59,619 bases of DNA from Chiloscyllium plagiosum (taxonomy: Eukaryota): positions 20,486,239 through 20,545,857 of the forward strand of contig NC_057725.1 in assembly GCF_004010195.1 (NCBI RefSeq). The letters run 5' to 3'. A model generated the notes under the pieces. The model worked only from the letters and a program-made list of their open reading frames with translations. It had not been told where the DNA came from and made no database searches. The translations under genes and the position numbers were made by a program. The first letter of the stretch is position 1, and every line of letters starts with the position of its first letter. Below, one piece after another: positions 23,607 through 37,120 of the stretch.

Positions 23607-26317
23607 GCATTCAAATATCTAATCTGAAGATAAAAGTACAAATAAGCATATTTGGTTTTGTTTTCTGGATTTTGTTAAGTTTTCACTTTCATTCTTAAAC
23701 CTCTAACATATAGCTTCTGATACCCATGGATCCTCAATATCATTGTTCCCAACAGCTTTCACTTAGGAAGCAATGAAATCTCTTCTCCAGTGCTCCCATG
23801 CCTTACATCATCTCTAATTGCAAACATGCCTAGAATAGTGGTTGAGATGGGAAATCTCATAACCTTTAAAAAGTACTTGCCTGAGCACTTGAAACATCAT
23901 AATGTTCAAGGCTATAAGCCAAGTGCTGGGAAGCAGGACTGGTGTAGATATAAAGTAATTTTGTTGTTGTAGACTCAAAGGGTCTCTTTTGCACTATATG
24001 ATTCTATGATTAAGAATCATTCTTCATGATATTTCTGCAATACAAAACCTCCACTTCTCCAATTCTGAAACTTTATTGCTGGAACAGCACAGCAGGTCAG
24101 GCAGCATCCTCTCGGTTACTGCCTGAACCACTTTGCTTTTTCAGCAATAAAGTTTCAACTTTGATCTCCAGCATCTGCAGACCTTACTTACTTCTCCAAT
24201 TCTACCTTACTTCAAATATGGGAAAAAAAATTCCATAAGAGTGTAAAGGAAGAGCAAAGATGTTCATTTCTTTCTGAAATCTGCCAGTGCTTACTTTACA
24301 CAAATTAGACTTTTTGTCAGTAAAAGGTCAAAATTCAAGATTTTATAAGACAACATATCTTTTGACTTACCACAGAATATTTGCTAGTTTCATGTTTAGC
24401 AAGTGTCCACCGAAAACAAATGTCAAACTCCAAATGACATTTTCATATTGACTTGGTTACAGATATAAATAACCTCTAAAAAAAGACAGAAAGCAAATCA
24501 TTGATATAGAAAGTTAAATTTACAAGGAATTGTGCACATTTCAAGCTTGATCTGATAATTAGCAAGTAACATTCATGCCTAATAAGTGTCAGGCAATGAC
24601 CATCTCCAACAAGAGAGGATCTAATTATCTCAGTGTCATTCAATTACATTGCCATAATTGAATGCCCCAGCATCAATGTCTTAGTGTTATCATTGACCAG
24701 AAATTGAACTGATCCAGCCATATACTGTGGTTTTAAGAGTCGGTCAGAGGTTGGGAATGCTGCAGTATACAGTATAACCCACCTCCTGACAATATCAAAT
24801 TCCACCCTACCCCCATGCCCAAGATGTCTATGTACCATCTACAAGACACAAGCCAGAGGTACGATATGATCATCTCCATCGGCCTGGATGAGTTTCAACA
24901 ACACTCAGGAATCTGTATGAAGTCCAGTTCTAAGCAACCTACTTGACTGACACCGTATACACCACCTTGAACACTCACTCCCTGCTCCATTTTACAGTAG
25001 CAGCACTGCAGCTACTCTCCAAGGCTTGGTTGCAAGTAATTTCCAAACTCATGATTTCTACTACCTGAAATAAATCAATGAACTGCAGATGCTGGAGTTC
25101 TGAAATAAACAAAAACAGAAATTGCTGGAAAAACTCAGCAGGTCTGGCAGCATTTGTGAAGAAAAAAAACCGGGTAAATGTTTCAAATACTTTTTAACTC
25201 TGCTTTCTTTTCATTGATCGTGTCAGACCTGCTGAGTTTCTCCAGAAATTTCAGTTTCACTTCTACCACCTAGATCAATAAAGACAGCAGATACCTGGGA
25301 ACACTACCACCAGCAAGTTCATCTCCATGCCACTCACCATCCTGACATTGAAACATAGAAATGAAATGATACAACACAGAAGGGGGCTATTTGGTCCATC
25401 TTGTCTTGTTTGTCATTCCTTTATTATTGCTGGGTCAAAATCCTGGAACCGAGCCTCCCTAACCGCATTGTGGGTGTCCCTACAACACATGGACTGCAGC
25501 AGTTCTCGAAGGCAGCTCATCACCACCTTCTCAAGGGCAATTAGGGTGGGATAATAAATGCTGGCATAGCCTGTGAAGTAATTAAAAATATATATATAAC
25601 TCTGCAGGCATCACAGCTGATTTTAATTCAATTCTCATTTGATGTGCACATGTGGAAACCTTCCAACCAGAGTTAATGGTTAATAATCACACTTAAATAT
25701 TTCTTTTTATGAGGCCAAGAGGCCATTTGGAGCATTCTTATCCAAAACAATATGAAAGAGTCCAGTAGAAATTAGAGGTCAGATTTCAGCTTTTACTCAG
25801 TGTTTTTGATCTTCTCTATACCGGACAATATATTCACCAGTCGATTCATTGTTTGAGATCACAACTACAGGAATTGAGTGTGTAAATCTATTAGCTCAGC
25901 AAGAAAGCTGAACCATGTTGGATCAAAAGGTAATGAAACTCAGAGGGAGGGATGGATTTTCATTGAGACACAACATCATAAAAGGGGGCGGCATGAGTAA
26001 GGTATCTGAACTGTCCATCTTCCTTCCCACCTATCTGCTCCACCCTTCTCACCAACCTATTACAATCACCTCCTACCTGCATCTACCTACCTTTGCCCCA
26101 GCCCCAACCCCTCTTTGCCTATTTATTTTCAGCCCCCTTCCCCTTCCCTGTCCTGATGAAGAGTCTTGCCCGATATGCCAACTCTCTTGCTCCTCAGATG
26201 CTGCCTGACCTGCTTTACTTTTTCCAGTCCCACATTTTATCGACTCTGACTATTCAGCATCTGCAATCCTCACTATCGCCTCAGTGAACAAACTGGTAAA
26301 AATAAGTAAAAGTGCTC

Positions 26318-26330
26318 ACTTACCAGATGT
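26318..26330 (-). promoter_or_regulatory. Candidate 5' splice donor of an upstream non-coding exon of the SLC26 gene (alternative at about 24365-24375)
   Basis: Consensus CTG|gtaagt at 26324/26323 in non-repeat sequence. The coding exon begins with an acceptor, so an upstream donor is required. Confidence 0.35.
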
Positions 26331-28141
26331 CACTTCTTTGTAGCTATTTCATGCAGGGTATCTAATTTGTGACATTCGCTTTTGAGGAAATTTGGTCAGG
26401 GCTTAGGACCAATTTTGTGCCACCAACAGCTCTCATTCTGAATGAATATCATGGTGATGTAAAAAGTTTCAGCTGATCTTCAAAGATGTAACTACTGACG
26501 TATCATCGTTCAATCTGTCTCAAACACAATAAAATGATCAAGCATGATGCAGTTAAACCAACTGTAGCATTCACTCCTCACCCCACTCTCACTATCACTC
26601 TCTACATCCATAAAATGGACAGACTACTCATTGTCATATTGTTGTTTGTGGGAGCTTGTTGTTGTGAATATTTCTGACATTATAGCAGTGATTACATATC
26701 AAAAGATATTTCATTGGCTGGAGAGCATGGTAAATGTAATTTATCCTTCCTGTCTTCCATCCCTCCCTGCCCTCCCTTCCTCCTATCACTCTGCCAGTCT
26801 ACTTGTAGTCCGAAGTGACATTATCACTCAGTTAAACTCAAGGGAGGTCATGTACAAGGACACATGTATGTATTAATTAACATATGACTTCTAATCTGAA
26901 CTTTATTCCCATTTGCTGAGACCTTGAGTGTTTGTCAGTGTTCCCTGTGTGATCACTACATACATTTAAAATCCAATAAATTATGCAAGAAAGTGTTGTA
27001 AATAAATGGAATTACATAATGTGTAATCTGTGAAGATCAACTAACGTATCTACAGGAGTTTACAAATTTCAAATGAGTAATATGCAAAAAGGTGGCTAAT
27101 TGTGTACAAATTCTCTTCAGTTTTATGTGGACGTTCCATTTCTACAAATGCATGGAATTGGCTGTAGGCAGATTAATTTATTTTGTAAAAGAAAGTCAGT
27201 TAATTATTGTAAATAAATTATCAAGTAATAGTGAGTTCAAATCCCACAGTTCTTCTGTCAAGAAATACATTGAAATCATTTGGCAGCTAGAGTAAGGGCC
27301 AAGTATCTCTGTTAACCCTTTCTCGGGTGGTTGCAACAAATAATTTAGTTTAGCATGCAGCTATATATATGTCAATTAAAGGTTTAGTTAACTAATTCAA
27401 AACAAAAGAGTCAATTACAGTTTCCGAGAGTCAAACAAAGATAATTTTACTACCCCAGGTAAAAAAGCGACATAAAACACAAACGCAGTCAATTTTAAGT
27501 CATTATTCGTTCTTTTTAAAAATTTATTTTTGCCCATGAGAGGTCTCAGGTCTAATGATCTGATAAAGGAAGTTAAAGTTTGATAGTTACAATTGCCACC
27601 ACATAAAACATCCTTTAAGAATAAAATACCAGCAGTGGTGGGATGAGGCCATCAATTGGCATTTAGTGCCTTGTTGGGTGAGTGAGTCACCTGCCACGAG
27701 TAATTTCCATCCCTGTACTATGTCAACCAATTTTATGCCACCCCTCACATGCCAGCTGCAATGGAAAGGGTTGGGTTATACAACAGAAAATGAAGAAACT
27801 GCTTGACGTCCTGTCAGGTCAAAGGCCATTGAAGACATGCAGTGGAATCTTATCAGGGCCTGAACAATGTGGGCAATGATGGGATTTATGGCAGAATCAT
27901 ATGAGTGTTGGGAAAGCCTATCTTGACGTCAGGAGCAATTTGCTGCACCTTTTTTTGCATCAGTCAGAAAGCGAGGTGAGTTTCTCATTAGGCTGCGGTG
28001 AGTAGCTAATTAAAGGAGATTATAGCTTGTTAAAGTCCTTAGTAACTGCACAACTCACCTCTTTAATATTCCCATCCTTCCAAATGAACCAAACAAATGA
28101 GACATTGAGAAATCTCAGAGCAGGTTACCTGACAACTTGAG

Positions 28142-28529
28142 TCAAGATTAGAGTGGTGCTGGAAAAGCCCAGCAGGTCAGGCAGCATCCGAGGAGCAGGA
28201 AAATCGACGTTTCGGGCAGGAACTCTTCACCAGGAATCCTGAAGGGTGGGATAGCTGTCTCTCAGGGGTCCGAACAAAGTAGGTCAAAGGCAGCCCCCAC
28301 TACCAGTCCAGGGACTTGGTCACAGTCAGTCATCTGCTGGGGGTGTTCAGAGTCAGATTCCTCTCTCCACAGAGGGGATGATGAACTAAATGTTAGGAAT
28401 CCTGATGAAGGGCTCCTGCCCAACACGTCAATTCTCCTGCTCCTCGGATGCTGCCTGACCTGCTGTGCTTTTCCAGCACCACTCTAATTTTGACTCTAAT
28501 CTCCAGCATCTGCAGTCCTCACTTTCGGC
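28142..28529. mobile_element. Fold-back Penelope-type insertion with a roughly 150-bp internal captured segment
   Basis: 16-bp TSD tacctgacaacttgag at 28126-28141 and 28530-28545; inverted arms of about 100 bp. The centre (about 28244-28397) resembles about 29022-29178. Confidence 0.88.
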
Positions 28530-29469
28530 TACCTGACAACTTGAGCTCACTGTTTGCGCCAAATGACCTCCATGTTTGGTACTGAGTACCAACTACTTTG
28601 GACATGCTTCATGGGCACAAGACAAATGCACCCCACATCCATGGACATTGGCATCCAGTACGTGCCAGCCTTTAAAAACATTCATGGTATGGCATACTTA
28701 CAGTATGCTTCTGTATCTCGATGCTGCATTGGCCACCATCATTGTAAGGTTCCCATAAGGAAACTGTTTGCTCAGGGATATGCACAACTCATGGACTGGG
28801 TCAGGCTGCATCTTGGGCTCCTCACTGGCTGTCATGGCACTCACCCACTCTAAGCCCACCTGGGTGCTCACAGCACCTCTGCCTTGCATAGCCTTACTTT
28901 ATGCACTTTGTCCCCTCAGCCAGATATACTGATTCGTAGTACTTATCTCTTTCCTTACAATGTAGTGCAAACATAAAGGTAGGAAGCTTGTCATGGTTGT
29001 TTTCAGACCTCAGTCAAGTCAAGGGGGGATAGTTTTCTCTCAGGGGTCCTCATAAAATAGGTCAAAGGCAGCCCCCACAAAGGCACCCTCACAAAGGCAG
29101 TCCAGGCACTTGGTCACAGTCAGTCATCTGCAATCAGATTCCTCTCTCCACATAAGGGATGATGAACTAAGTGTCAGGCACCTCCCTTCAAGTTTTCTGC
29201 CACATTAGGGCTGCTTCCTAGAATGAGAGGTAAGCAGATATTAAGAGATATGAAAATGGATGGTACAGCTGTTACTTTTGGTGCAGGTAGGGAGGTGTGC
29301 CAAGCTCATGAATAATCAGCATAGAGGCCATTAAGGGGTTTGGATGGGTGAAAGTGAGTGAGGGAAGATGTTGCAGGCAATAGTGAGGATGGTAGAGCAT
29401 GGACCTTGGTGGGAGGAGGGTACAGTATCAGAGACAGAGTGAATGTGAGGTATCAAAGAGAAGATGGTG

Positions 29470-29700
29470 GCACTTAAGCTGATGGAGTGGAGAAGGCCTT
29501 CACTTTCTCCAATTGTACTGTGCATTCCCCAGTACAGCTAAGACTACATGACCCAGAGTAACCTCAGACTAGGCCAGTATAGCCTACTGTCCTGGCCTCC
29601 ATTGTGGTGCAAGTGGATGTTCTGCTTGTGTACCAGCCCTCTATCAAAACACTACCCTCCACGACCCTGGGGAAAATAATTCCCTGACAGCCATGTCTGG
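29470..29700 (-). mobile_element. Possible decayed Harbinger Myb/SANT-like gene remnant
   Basis: Frameshifted LA.SEV...NAQ...RKVKAFLHS-like remnant resembling the better-preserved copy at 36.9 kb. Confidence 0.3.
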
Positions 29701-30378
29701 GCAAATGTCAGGAACATTGAAGTGCAGGTCCATACTGACAGTATTTGTCCAGGTGCACCACGGGGCTTTGAAAGATGCACAGGCACAAGGCATGCTGGTC
29801 TTTCAGAAGATATTCACTGAGTATTCAGGTAAGATGGGGTCAGAAGCAGTGAGAGGGGCAACACTGAGGCAGGTCGTTAATGAGATGAGCTTGGGAAGAT
29901 GAGATGAGAAAATCCACTTGGGCTCTCAACAGCATAACCCTCCAAACGATGCAATGGCAGCCAAAAAAACTCAAGATTCAGCTTATTGTCTCCCTGCTTC
30001 TTGCAAAAATGCTCTCCTTTATTGCCAATTTTCCGCCTCCACTGCATCTGTTCCCAGGAGGACCAGTTCCATTACAGAACACACCAGATGGCCTCCTTCT
30101 TTAAAGACCGCAATTTCCCTTCCCACATGGTTGATGATGCCCTCCAGCGCATCTCACCCACGTCCTGCACCTCCACCCTTGAACCCCACCCCTACAATCA
30201 CAACAAGGACAGAACCTCCCGGTCCTCACCTTCCACCTCACCAACCTCCATATACATCTCATCATCCTCCACCATTTCTGCCACCTACAAACGGATCCCA
30301 CCACCATAGATATATTTCCCTCCCCACTCCTATCCACTTTCTGTAAAGACCGTTCACTCCGCAACTACCTGGTCAGGT

Positions 30379-30438
30379 NNNNNNNNNNNNNNNNNNNNNN
30401 NNNNNNNNNNNNNNNNNNNNNNNNNNNNNNNNNNNNNN
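30379..30438. other. Assembly gap (60 N)
   Basis: Run of n inside the Penelope element. Confidence 1.
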
Positions 30439-30903
30439 CCCCCCTAACCAGCCACCCTCCCCCCGGCACCTTCTCCTGCTACCATAGGAATTGCAAAACC
30501 TGCACTCACACCTGCCCCCTCACATCCGTCCAAGGCCCCAAAGAGCCTTCCACATTCATCAAAGTTTCAGCAGCACTTCCACACATGTCATTGACTGTAT
30601 CCGTTGCTCCCATTGCAGTCTCCTCTAGATTGGGGATTCTGGTCGCCTACTTGCAGAGCGCTTCAGAGAACATCTCCAGGACACCTGCACCAATCAACCC
30701 CACTACCCCATGGCTGTAAATGCAGGTCCTGGTTCTCCTCCATTGCCACTCCAACACCATCTGACACTTGGAGGAAGATCGCCTCATCTTCCGCCTTGGG
30801 ACCCTTCAACCCCATGGCATCAGTGTGGACTTCACCAGTTTCTTCATTTCCCTTCCCCTTACCTTACCCCCATTTATCTCTGCACCCCCGAGGCTCCCAG
30901 GCT

Positions 30904-30940
30904 CATTCCTGATGAAGGGCTTTTGCCCGAAACGTCAATT
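30904..30940 (+). ncRNA. Minimal hammerhead ribozyme core in Penelope terminal repeat, sense to the ORF
   Basis: CTGATGA(30909-30915)-AGGGC-TTTT-GCCC-GAAA(30929-30932)-CGTC. Confidence 0.75.
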
Positions 30941-33900
30941 TTCCTGCTCCTTGGATGCTGCCTGGCCTGCTGTGCTTTTCCAGCACCACTCTAATCTTGA
31001 CTCTGATCTCCAGGATCTGCAGTACTCACTTTTGTTTCATGGTCTCTAATTGTCTAGCATATAATAAGCACAGGCAAGAGCATATGAAACACTTGATGGA
31101 CTCTGCTTTCTCCTTGAGATGATAAAACCTAGAGATGGATAATTGTCTTACAGCATAATACACAGGGCCTGGAGCACTTCTTCCTGTGGAGTTTGTCTGG
31201 ATCTGGGACCAGAATCAACCTGGCCAAGGTTTGAGTGCTTTGATTCTTACTTAGTCATTACTTAGAAGTTCTTACTTAGAGAACACTGACTACAGCATCC
31301 TGACAGCCAACAGATTGGTGCCGGTGTCTACCAGTGAGCAACCTTTGCAGACCTGGAGGAACTGCCCAGGGGAATATATCCTGACCATCCAATGGACTTA
31401 CTTGGTTTTACACCTCTTCTGAAACAAGGACATTGTCGAGCAGATTAGTTAAGCTATCTTGCTCTTTGAGCCAAAGGAACTAATGGTGGCACAGGGTAGA
31501 CATGGAATAAAAATGTACATATTTTATGCGTAAAATGAAAGACTTGGGGGAGGTGCGGCATAAAGGGATAATAGCTGTTATGCCAGATAGCTTGGGTCTA
31601 TCATCAGTGATGACAGGTCACTAGGACCTTTGGGAAGAAGATTCTTAGGGAGTCCTGCTGAGCCATATTTCTGGAAACATTGAAACAGTGTAAGTAGCTA
31701 ACAAATGTTCATTAACTTGGATTAATGTAGATTCCAGTCCTCAACTGTCAAGAGTATCCAGGCACTGCTGGTGATGTTGATACAGCTGTCAATCCCTCTT
31801 TGGGAGGCAGGGGTAAGGATGGAGGGCCTGGTGGGGGAGATCTGTAAAAATCCAACAATAATCTCTAAAATAAAGCCTATAAGGATTTCAGATGGAACTT
31901 CTTTAGACAGAGAGTAGTTGGAATGTGGAGCTTGCTATCACAGGGATATTTGAGGCACAAAGGAAAGAGAGATTGAAGGGGAAGCTAAAAAAAAGTGCAG
32001 GAGGGGGAAAGACTTCAAAGGAGTTGTTGATCAACTCAGATGAAGTAAGGTGGGAGGAGGCTTGTGTGGATTATAAACACTGGGTTAGATCTGCTGAGCT
32101 GAACAGCCTGTTCCATGATCTAAATGCTCTGTAATAAGATGTAAATTTTTAAGACATGGCGGAGTGTAAATGTATCATTTACAATTAGCTCTATATATCA
32201 AACTACATTGACCTAACTGACACTTTTATCTTATTAAAAGCCAATAGCATTAACAGAGTTTATTAATATTCAAAGCCTAACTGGTAATGTTTCAGATAAA
32301 GAATGTGTTTTAAGAATAGTTATTAATTCCGTAAATATAATTGAGTTTGTTTTGAAGACTACAAACAAATCATTCATTACATGTGAGCATTTCATAAAGC
32401 AATGCAATAGTAGCATGTGACAGTCATCAGATATACAGTTCCCAGAACAATTTTCCAGTAAGTTCTGCTCAGAGTTGTCTGATTCATGCGTGAAGTGTCA
32501 GTTCTGCAGTTAGGGAAGGTAACATTCCTAGAGAAACAGAATCCCGTAGATCTTTTCGCGTGAACCTTATTATAACCTGTAGGAGGAGTCCGATGTGAGG
32601 GGTTCCAATGCAGGCATTAATTCATTTGAGCCCCTGCAACTGGAGGCTCAGGAGATTTTAACTGCAAGTGGGAGTGGGATCTTTGCAAATGCAAGGACAG
32701 GAAGGGACACTTACCCTACAGCCAGCTGGTTCACTCTATAATTTGTGGTGCTGAGGGATGAGTACAGTAAAGGGGAAGGGAAAGTCGAGGGGAGGGGAAC
32801 ATCTGAGCTTTATTTTTGAGAGCTATACAAGTACTCCAGCTCTGCCTGGCTCAGCAGAAAATCTTCAAAAAGTGCAAGTTAAATTGTACCTTGGTGTCTT
32901 CTGGTCACGATCCTGCCAGTTGCTGTTAGTTCTTGTTGTAGATCTGCCAATCCTTACTGCCCACTCATATTGCCCACTCTTCCTCACAGCTCTGATACAG
33001 GGCAAGGGATCATTGACCTCCAGTTAAAAGCTTACATGGGTCCAGTTGACATAATCGGAGCATAACTTTGACATTATCATTAGGGTCCTGTTTAGTTTTT
33101 TGAAGTAAGTATTTGCCCTATAAGAAACAGCAACGGCAGTCAAAACAGCAGCCAGTGGAAATAGTTCAGGAGATCACAAGCTCAATATTAAATCGCTTTA
33201 TGCATCTTTCCTCATACTAGAATAGGGTTAAAATGAGTAAAGGAGTTTGATTAATGCTAAAACCTCACTTTTGACCATGCTGTGATCAAAATACTAAATT
33301 ACTGCTCTGTTTTGCTCGACTTACCCATTTCCTAATGCTGTGGTTAAAGGTGGTGAAGAGGTGGTTGAGTCAATGCAGAGAGAACTAAAGTAATCCTCAG
33401 TAACAGTGTTGTGAAGTTTAAATGCGGTCTCCCTAATAAGGACTAGCTTTAATATCCCTGCCAAAAATAGAACTGGCATACAGTAACCCAATCTCTTAGT
33501 TTGATATGACCCTTTACAGCTGGTAATCCCATCAAATGTCCTCTGCCAAAATTCTAAGGCAGAGTTTCACATATTGCCCATTGAGGTGAGGTATTTTATG
33601 TAATATAAAACTATTTGTGATATCCACATATGATGTTCCTTGGTCCTTTACAAGTGTTTTTTTTTAAGTTAATTTTGACAATACATGATTCTACTTCACG
33701 AATCACCTAAAGTAAATTTAGCAATAAAATTCTTTAACAAAATTCAAAATTTAAATTAAGGGCTTTTCTGAATTTCTTGGAAATTGGGACAAGGGCTATG
33801 ATCTCTCCTCCATCTGTAGATTCAGAGGCAGATGCTGTTAGATACTAATTTTTCTATCCTGCACTCATCGAGTTTTGTAGCCAGATGTTTTCTTTAACCT

Positions 33901-34034
33901 GGAGTCAGTCAGGTCAGATTTAGGAGCTCTCAGGCTCAACTTCTAATCTTAGTTGTGTCGAGTTGGAGCTGCTGAGTGGAAGGTGTGACTTGTTCCAAGA
34001 GGGAATTCAAGGGGAACCATTTGAAGTTAGATAA

Positions 34035-34205
34035 AGGGGTGATTGCATTTGTCCTGCATGTTGTGGGTATAGGGTCTTTTGTCTTGGATAGTAACTGGCA
34101 AAATGTGGCTGTTGGTTTGTGCGCTGTCATTATTCCCAGAGGGCATAGGAGTCCAGTAGTCAGTTCTGAGATGTTTCTAATATAGGGTAGGGTGGTCAAA
34201 GTGTT
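34035..34205 (-). mobile_element. Penelope-like (Poseidon-like) ORF fragment
   Basis: TLPYIRNISE...AHKPTATFCQLLSKTKDPIP, the region preceding the GIY-YIG domain. Confidence 0.75.
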
Positions 34206-34489
34206 GAGAATTTATTGAATGGAATTGAATCTTTACAGGATAGAGGTTTGAAGGAAATGTAGTCAAGATAGATGTGGCAAACACTGCTTCTTATTGGTTG
34301 ACCAACATCATACTATTGAAAGTGAGCTGAAACAAATAGTCACAAGGGCAAATGATATCCACTTCCTGCTGATGTATGATAATGCTTCATCGTGCCCATA
34401 ATTTAAATAGTTAGGTGCCTCATGATTATTAAATGTGATTCAGTCTCTTCCTTGATCACCAATGTGTTCTAAACTCTAAGCAGTGACCC

Positions 34490-34920
34490 CCTCTTCCTAT
34501 AGGCATCAGAAACTAAGGCAATCTACAGGAATCTCAAAGCTCCGGAAAAGTACCATTGGGAGTGTGTTCGCAAGATGCTCCAAATCCAGTGGCAAGAAAG
34601 GCAATCAACAACATTCCCGCTGAGGCGCTAATCACTCAAAACCAGATGTCCACACAGCAACTGTTTACTTCAAACTGGATTGGGGCAGGAGACTCCCAGG
34701 CACATAATCGAGATGTTCTCAAAGTATCAAAGGATCAAAAGTTCCCATTGACTCATCCGAGTCTCCAGCTTGTGACTGACCAATATGGAGAAGGATTTCT
34801 CAGGAAAATGCCAATGGACTGACAGACTTTCTCAGGAATGTGTGATGGTGAAGTCGAGGCATTGGTGAGGGTGCAGAAACCTCCACACGTCCCGCCCGCC
34901 TGACTGTTCAAGCATCAAAA
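34490..34920 (+). mobile_element. RTE-clade LINE 3' fragment
   Basis: ASET..IY.NLKAPEKYH..CVRKMLQIQWQER remnant. Confidence 0.6.
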
Positions 34921-35099
34921 AGAGAAGGTGACATGAAAAATTCTAAACTCAAAAGGCAAATTAGAAACAAAGACAGGAAATCACTTGAAAGAATTCATGG
35001 GAAATGAATGGCTAATTATTTAAGTTCAGACAATTGTCAGAAATATAGAACATGGTCTCTAGACAAAACAGTAGAATAATTTATTTACATTTATATTAC

Positions 35100-35430
35100 A
35101 TCTTTCAGTCTGTTTCAAAGTACTACACAACCAAATAACTGCTTTGAAGTATAATGAAGGTAACACAGCTGTTAACAACTCTTAGAAACTGCAATGGAAT
35201 AAATAACCCATGAAAGTGGTTCAGTGGTGTTAGTTGGAGAGATAAATATTGGCAAGGGCACTGGGAAAACTCATTTACACCCATCCGAGAGGGCTGGTAG
35301 GATCCCATTTGATGTGTCATCCAAAAACATTGCCTCAAAGTGCAAGCTGAAGTTACATGCTCAAGTCCTTGAGTGATGTTTAAATGCATGGTGTTCAAAC
35401 ATAGAAGTGAGTGCCACCACCAAGTCAACA
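35100..35430 (-). mobile_element. Old Deu-domain SINE (SacSINE1-like)
   Basis: Minus-strand tRNA-like head (ttggtggtggcactc..actcaaggacttgagca) and a decayed core resembling the copy at 58.1 kb. Confidence 0.45.
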
Positions 35431-36856
35431 CTGATAACTTTCATTGTGTTTTTGCTACTTTTAGATATGAGCAGGACTTTACTGTGTTTTCTTCCATCTT
35501 TTAGTTCTGGGGATATCTTTTGCTGTGTTTGTTATATTTAAAAAATAGTGTAATGGAAACTCAGTATAACACAAGGAAATGCTACTTTATACAAGAGACT
35601 ACAAAAATTAGTAAATCCAACAAAATATTCCCTAGATTTTCAGAATTTGCAGTTTTCCTTCGAATGTTAAAGTAGATTCCAAACCAGTCTGCTGAAGCAG
35701 TGATGCACATTTAAGATATAAGCCACTCACTCCATCCTGCAGCTAATCATTACAAATATGTCCACAAGATGGCAGTTCTTTACAGGAATTTCTACCATTT
35801 AAAGATTGTTGGAATCTTAAACTCAAACAATTAGCAAAGTTGTTAGTAAAAGAATCAGTAAAATCAGTGCTACTTGAAAAGCAAAGTCAACTGTTGGTGT
35901 ACTTTGTCAATTCAACCAATTTGCTTGTTACTAGGTTGTAAATGACAATGAACTGACGCGTAGTGGCATAAGAGAATCTGTTGCAGAATTCTATCATTAA
36001 CAGAATAATCAAGACTACTGATCTAGAAATGGATAGAAATATGACACTCGATTTGCAAAATGCCTTTAAGAAATTCTGAATTCAGTAAAGAACCACGAGA
36101 ATTTCCTTACTCAGTTGTTTAGAAATGCTGAAAATAACTTAATATATGCCTTGACTCATGCTTCTGCTCGTGTGACATGACCTCCTCCAAGGTAACAGGG
36201 ATATAACTGAAGCCATATGTTGTTCAACTCCCTAGTGTTGGCAATTCGATTGTTCACCTTTTACACAAACAATATATCATGTATTTCAAAACAATGTTAT
36301 ATAAATGTAGTGAGAGTTTATCTCTCTAATGGCAACGATAACTTCTACCAGCTTACAGGTTGAATGTTTGGAAGCTCAGGCTGGTGAGCCTTTCATTGCA
36401 ACATCTCCGCAGCTGACTGAGGGGAAAAAGATGGCCCAGGCCGCTGACCCTTTTGGGTCCTCTCCTGGGGTGGCCATCTTGGGTTGGACATTCATTCAAT
36501 GCAATGGCTACATTAAAACTCTACGAGTTGAATCTTAGTTATTTTGGCTAAATGTCACTTACGTCGAGTTTTTTTAAAGACTATTTGCTGTGAGGCCTAG
36601 CAAGATTTCTCACCATATCTTACCAAACACACCTCATTATTTACCTACCCGGCCTCTATGGTGTCCCTGTCATCTGATTCTAGTTCCATGTGACCATGTG
36701 CCAGTCCCACAACAACTTGCCAATCAGAGGATGTCTGGCGATAGCGAATTCCTCGTGTTCATGCCATATTTAAAAAGCACCCAGACAAACGCTGGCAATC
36801 CGAAGATGCCCTCTTCAGTGACACACATTCAACCAGAAGATGTCACAGAAGGGGAA

Positions 36857-37060
36857 GATGGTGCTGTGATTCTCTGACAGGGATTTGGAGATCCTAGTGA
36901 AGGTGCTTGTGCAGAGAAGGGACATTCTCTTTTGGAAGGACTGCCACAGGAGCCCACACACACCAAAATCTGCCAGCTTGGTGTGCAGTCGCCATAGTGC
37001 AGAGGAATGGACAGCAATGCCACAAGAAGATAAATGATCTTCTCCAATCAGCCAAGGTTA
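36857..37060 (+). mobile_element. Harbinger-type Myb/SANT-like (MSANTD/NAIF1-like) gene remnant
   Basis: FSDRDLEILVKVLVQRRDILF, then a frameshift, then LPAWCAVA..RNGQQCHKKINDLLQSAKV. Confidence 0.7.
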
Positions 37061-37120
37061 TTGCCATACATCACTCCCTCACACTCACAGAAAGTCTCAG
37101 CAAGGCTGCTCTCTGCATGC

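Larger units (their letters stand above)
30000..31035 (+). mobile_element. Penelope-like element (Neptune-like): C-terminal RT/GIY-YIG remnant and terminal repeat
   Basis: QMASFFKDRNFPSHMVDDAL...HNKDR and EEDRLIFRLGTLQPHGISVDF, followed by the hammerhead-containing terminal repeat. Confidence 0.88.
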
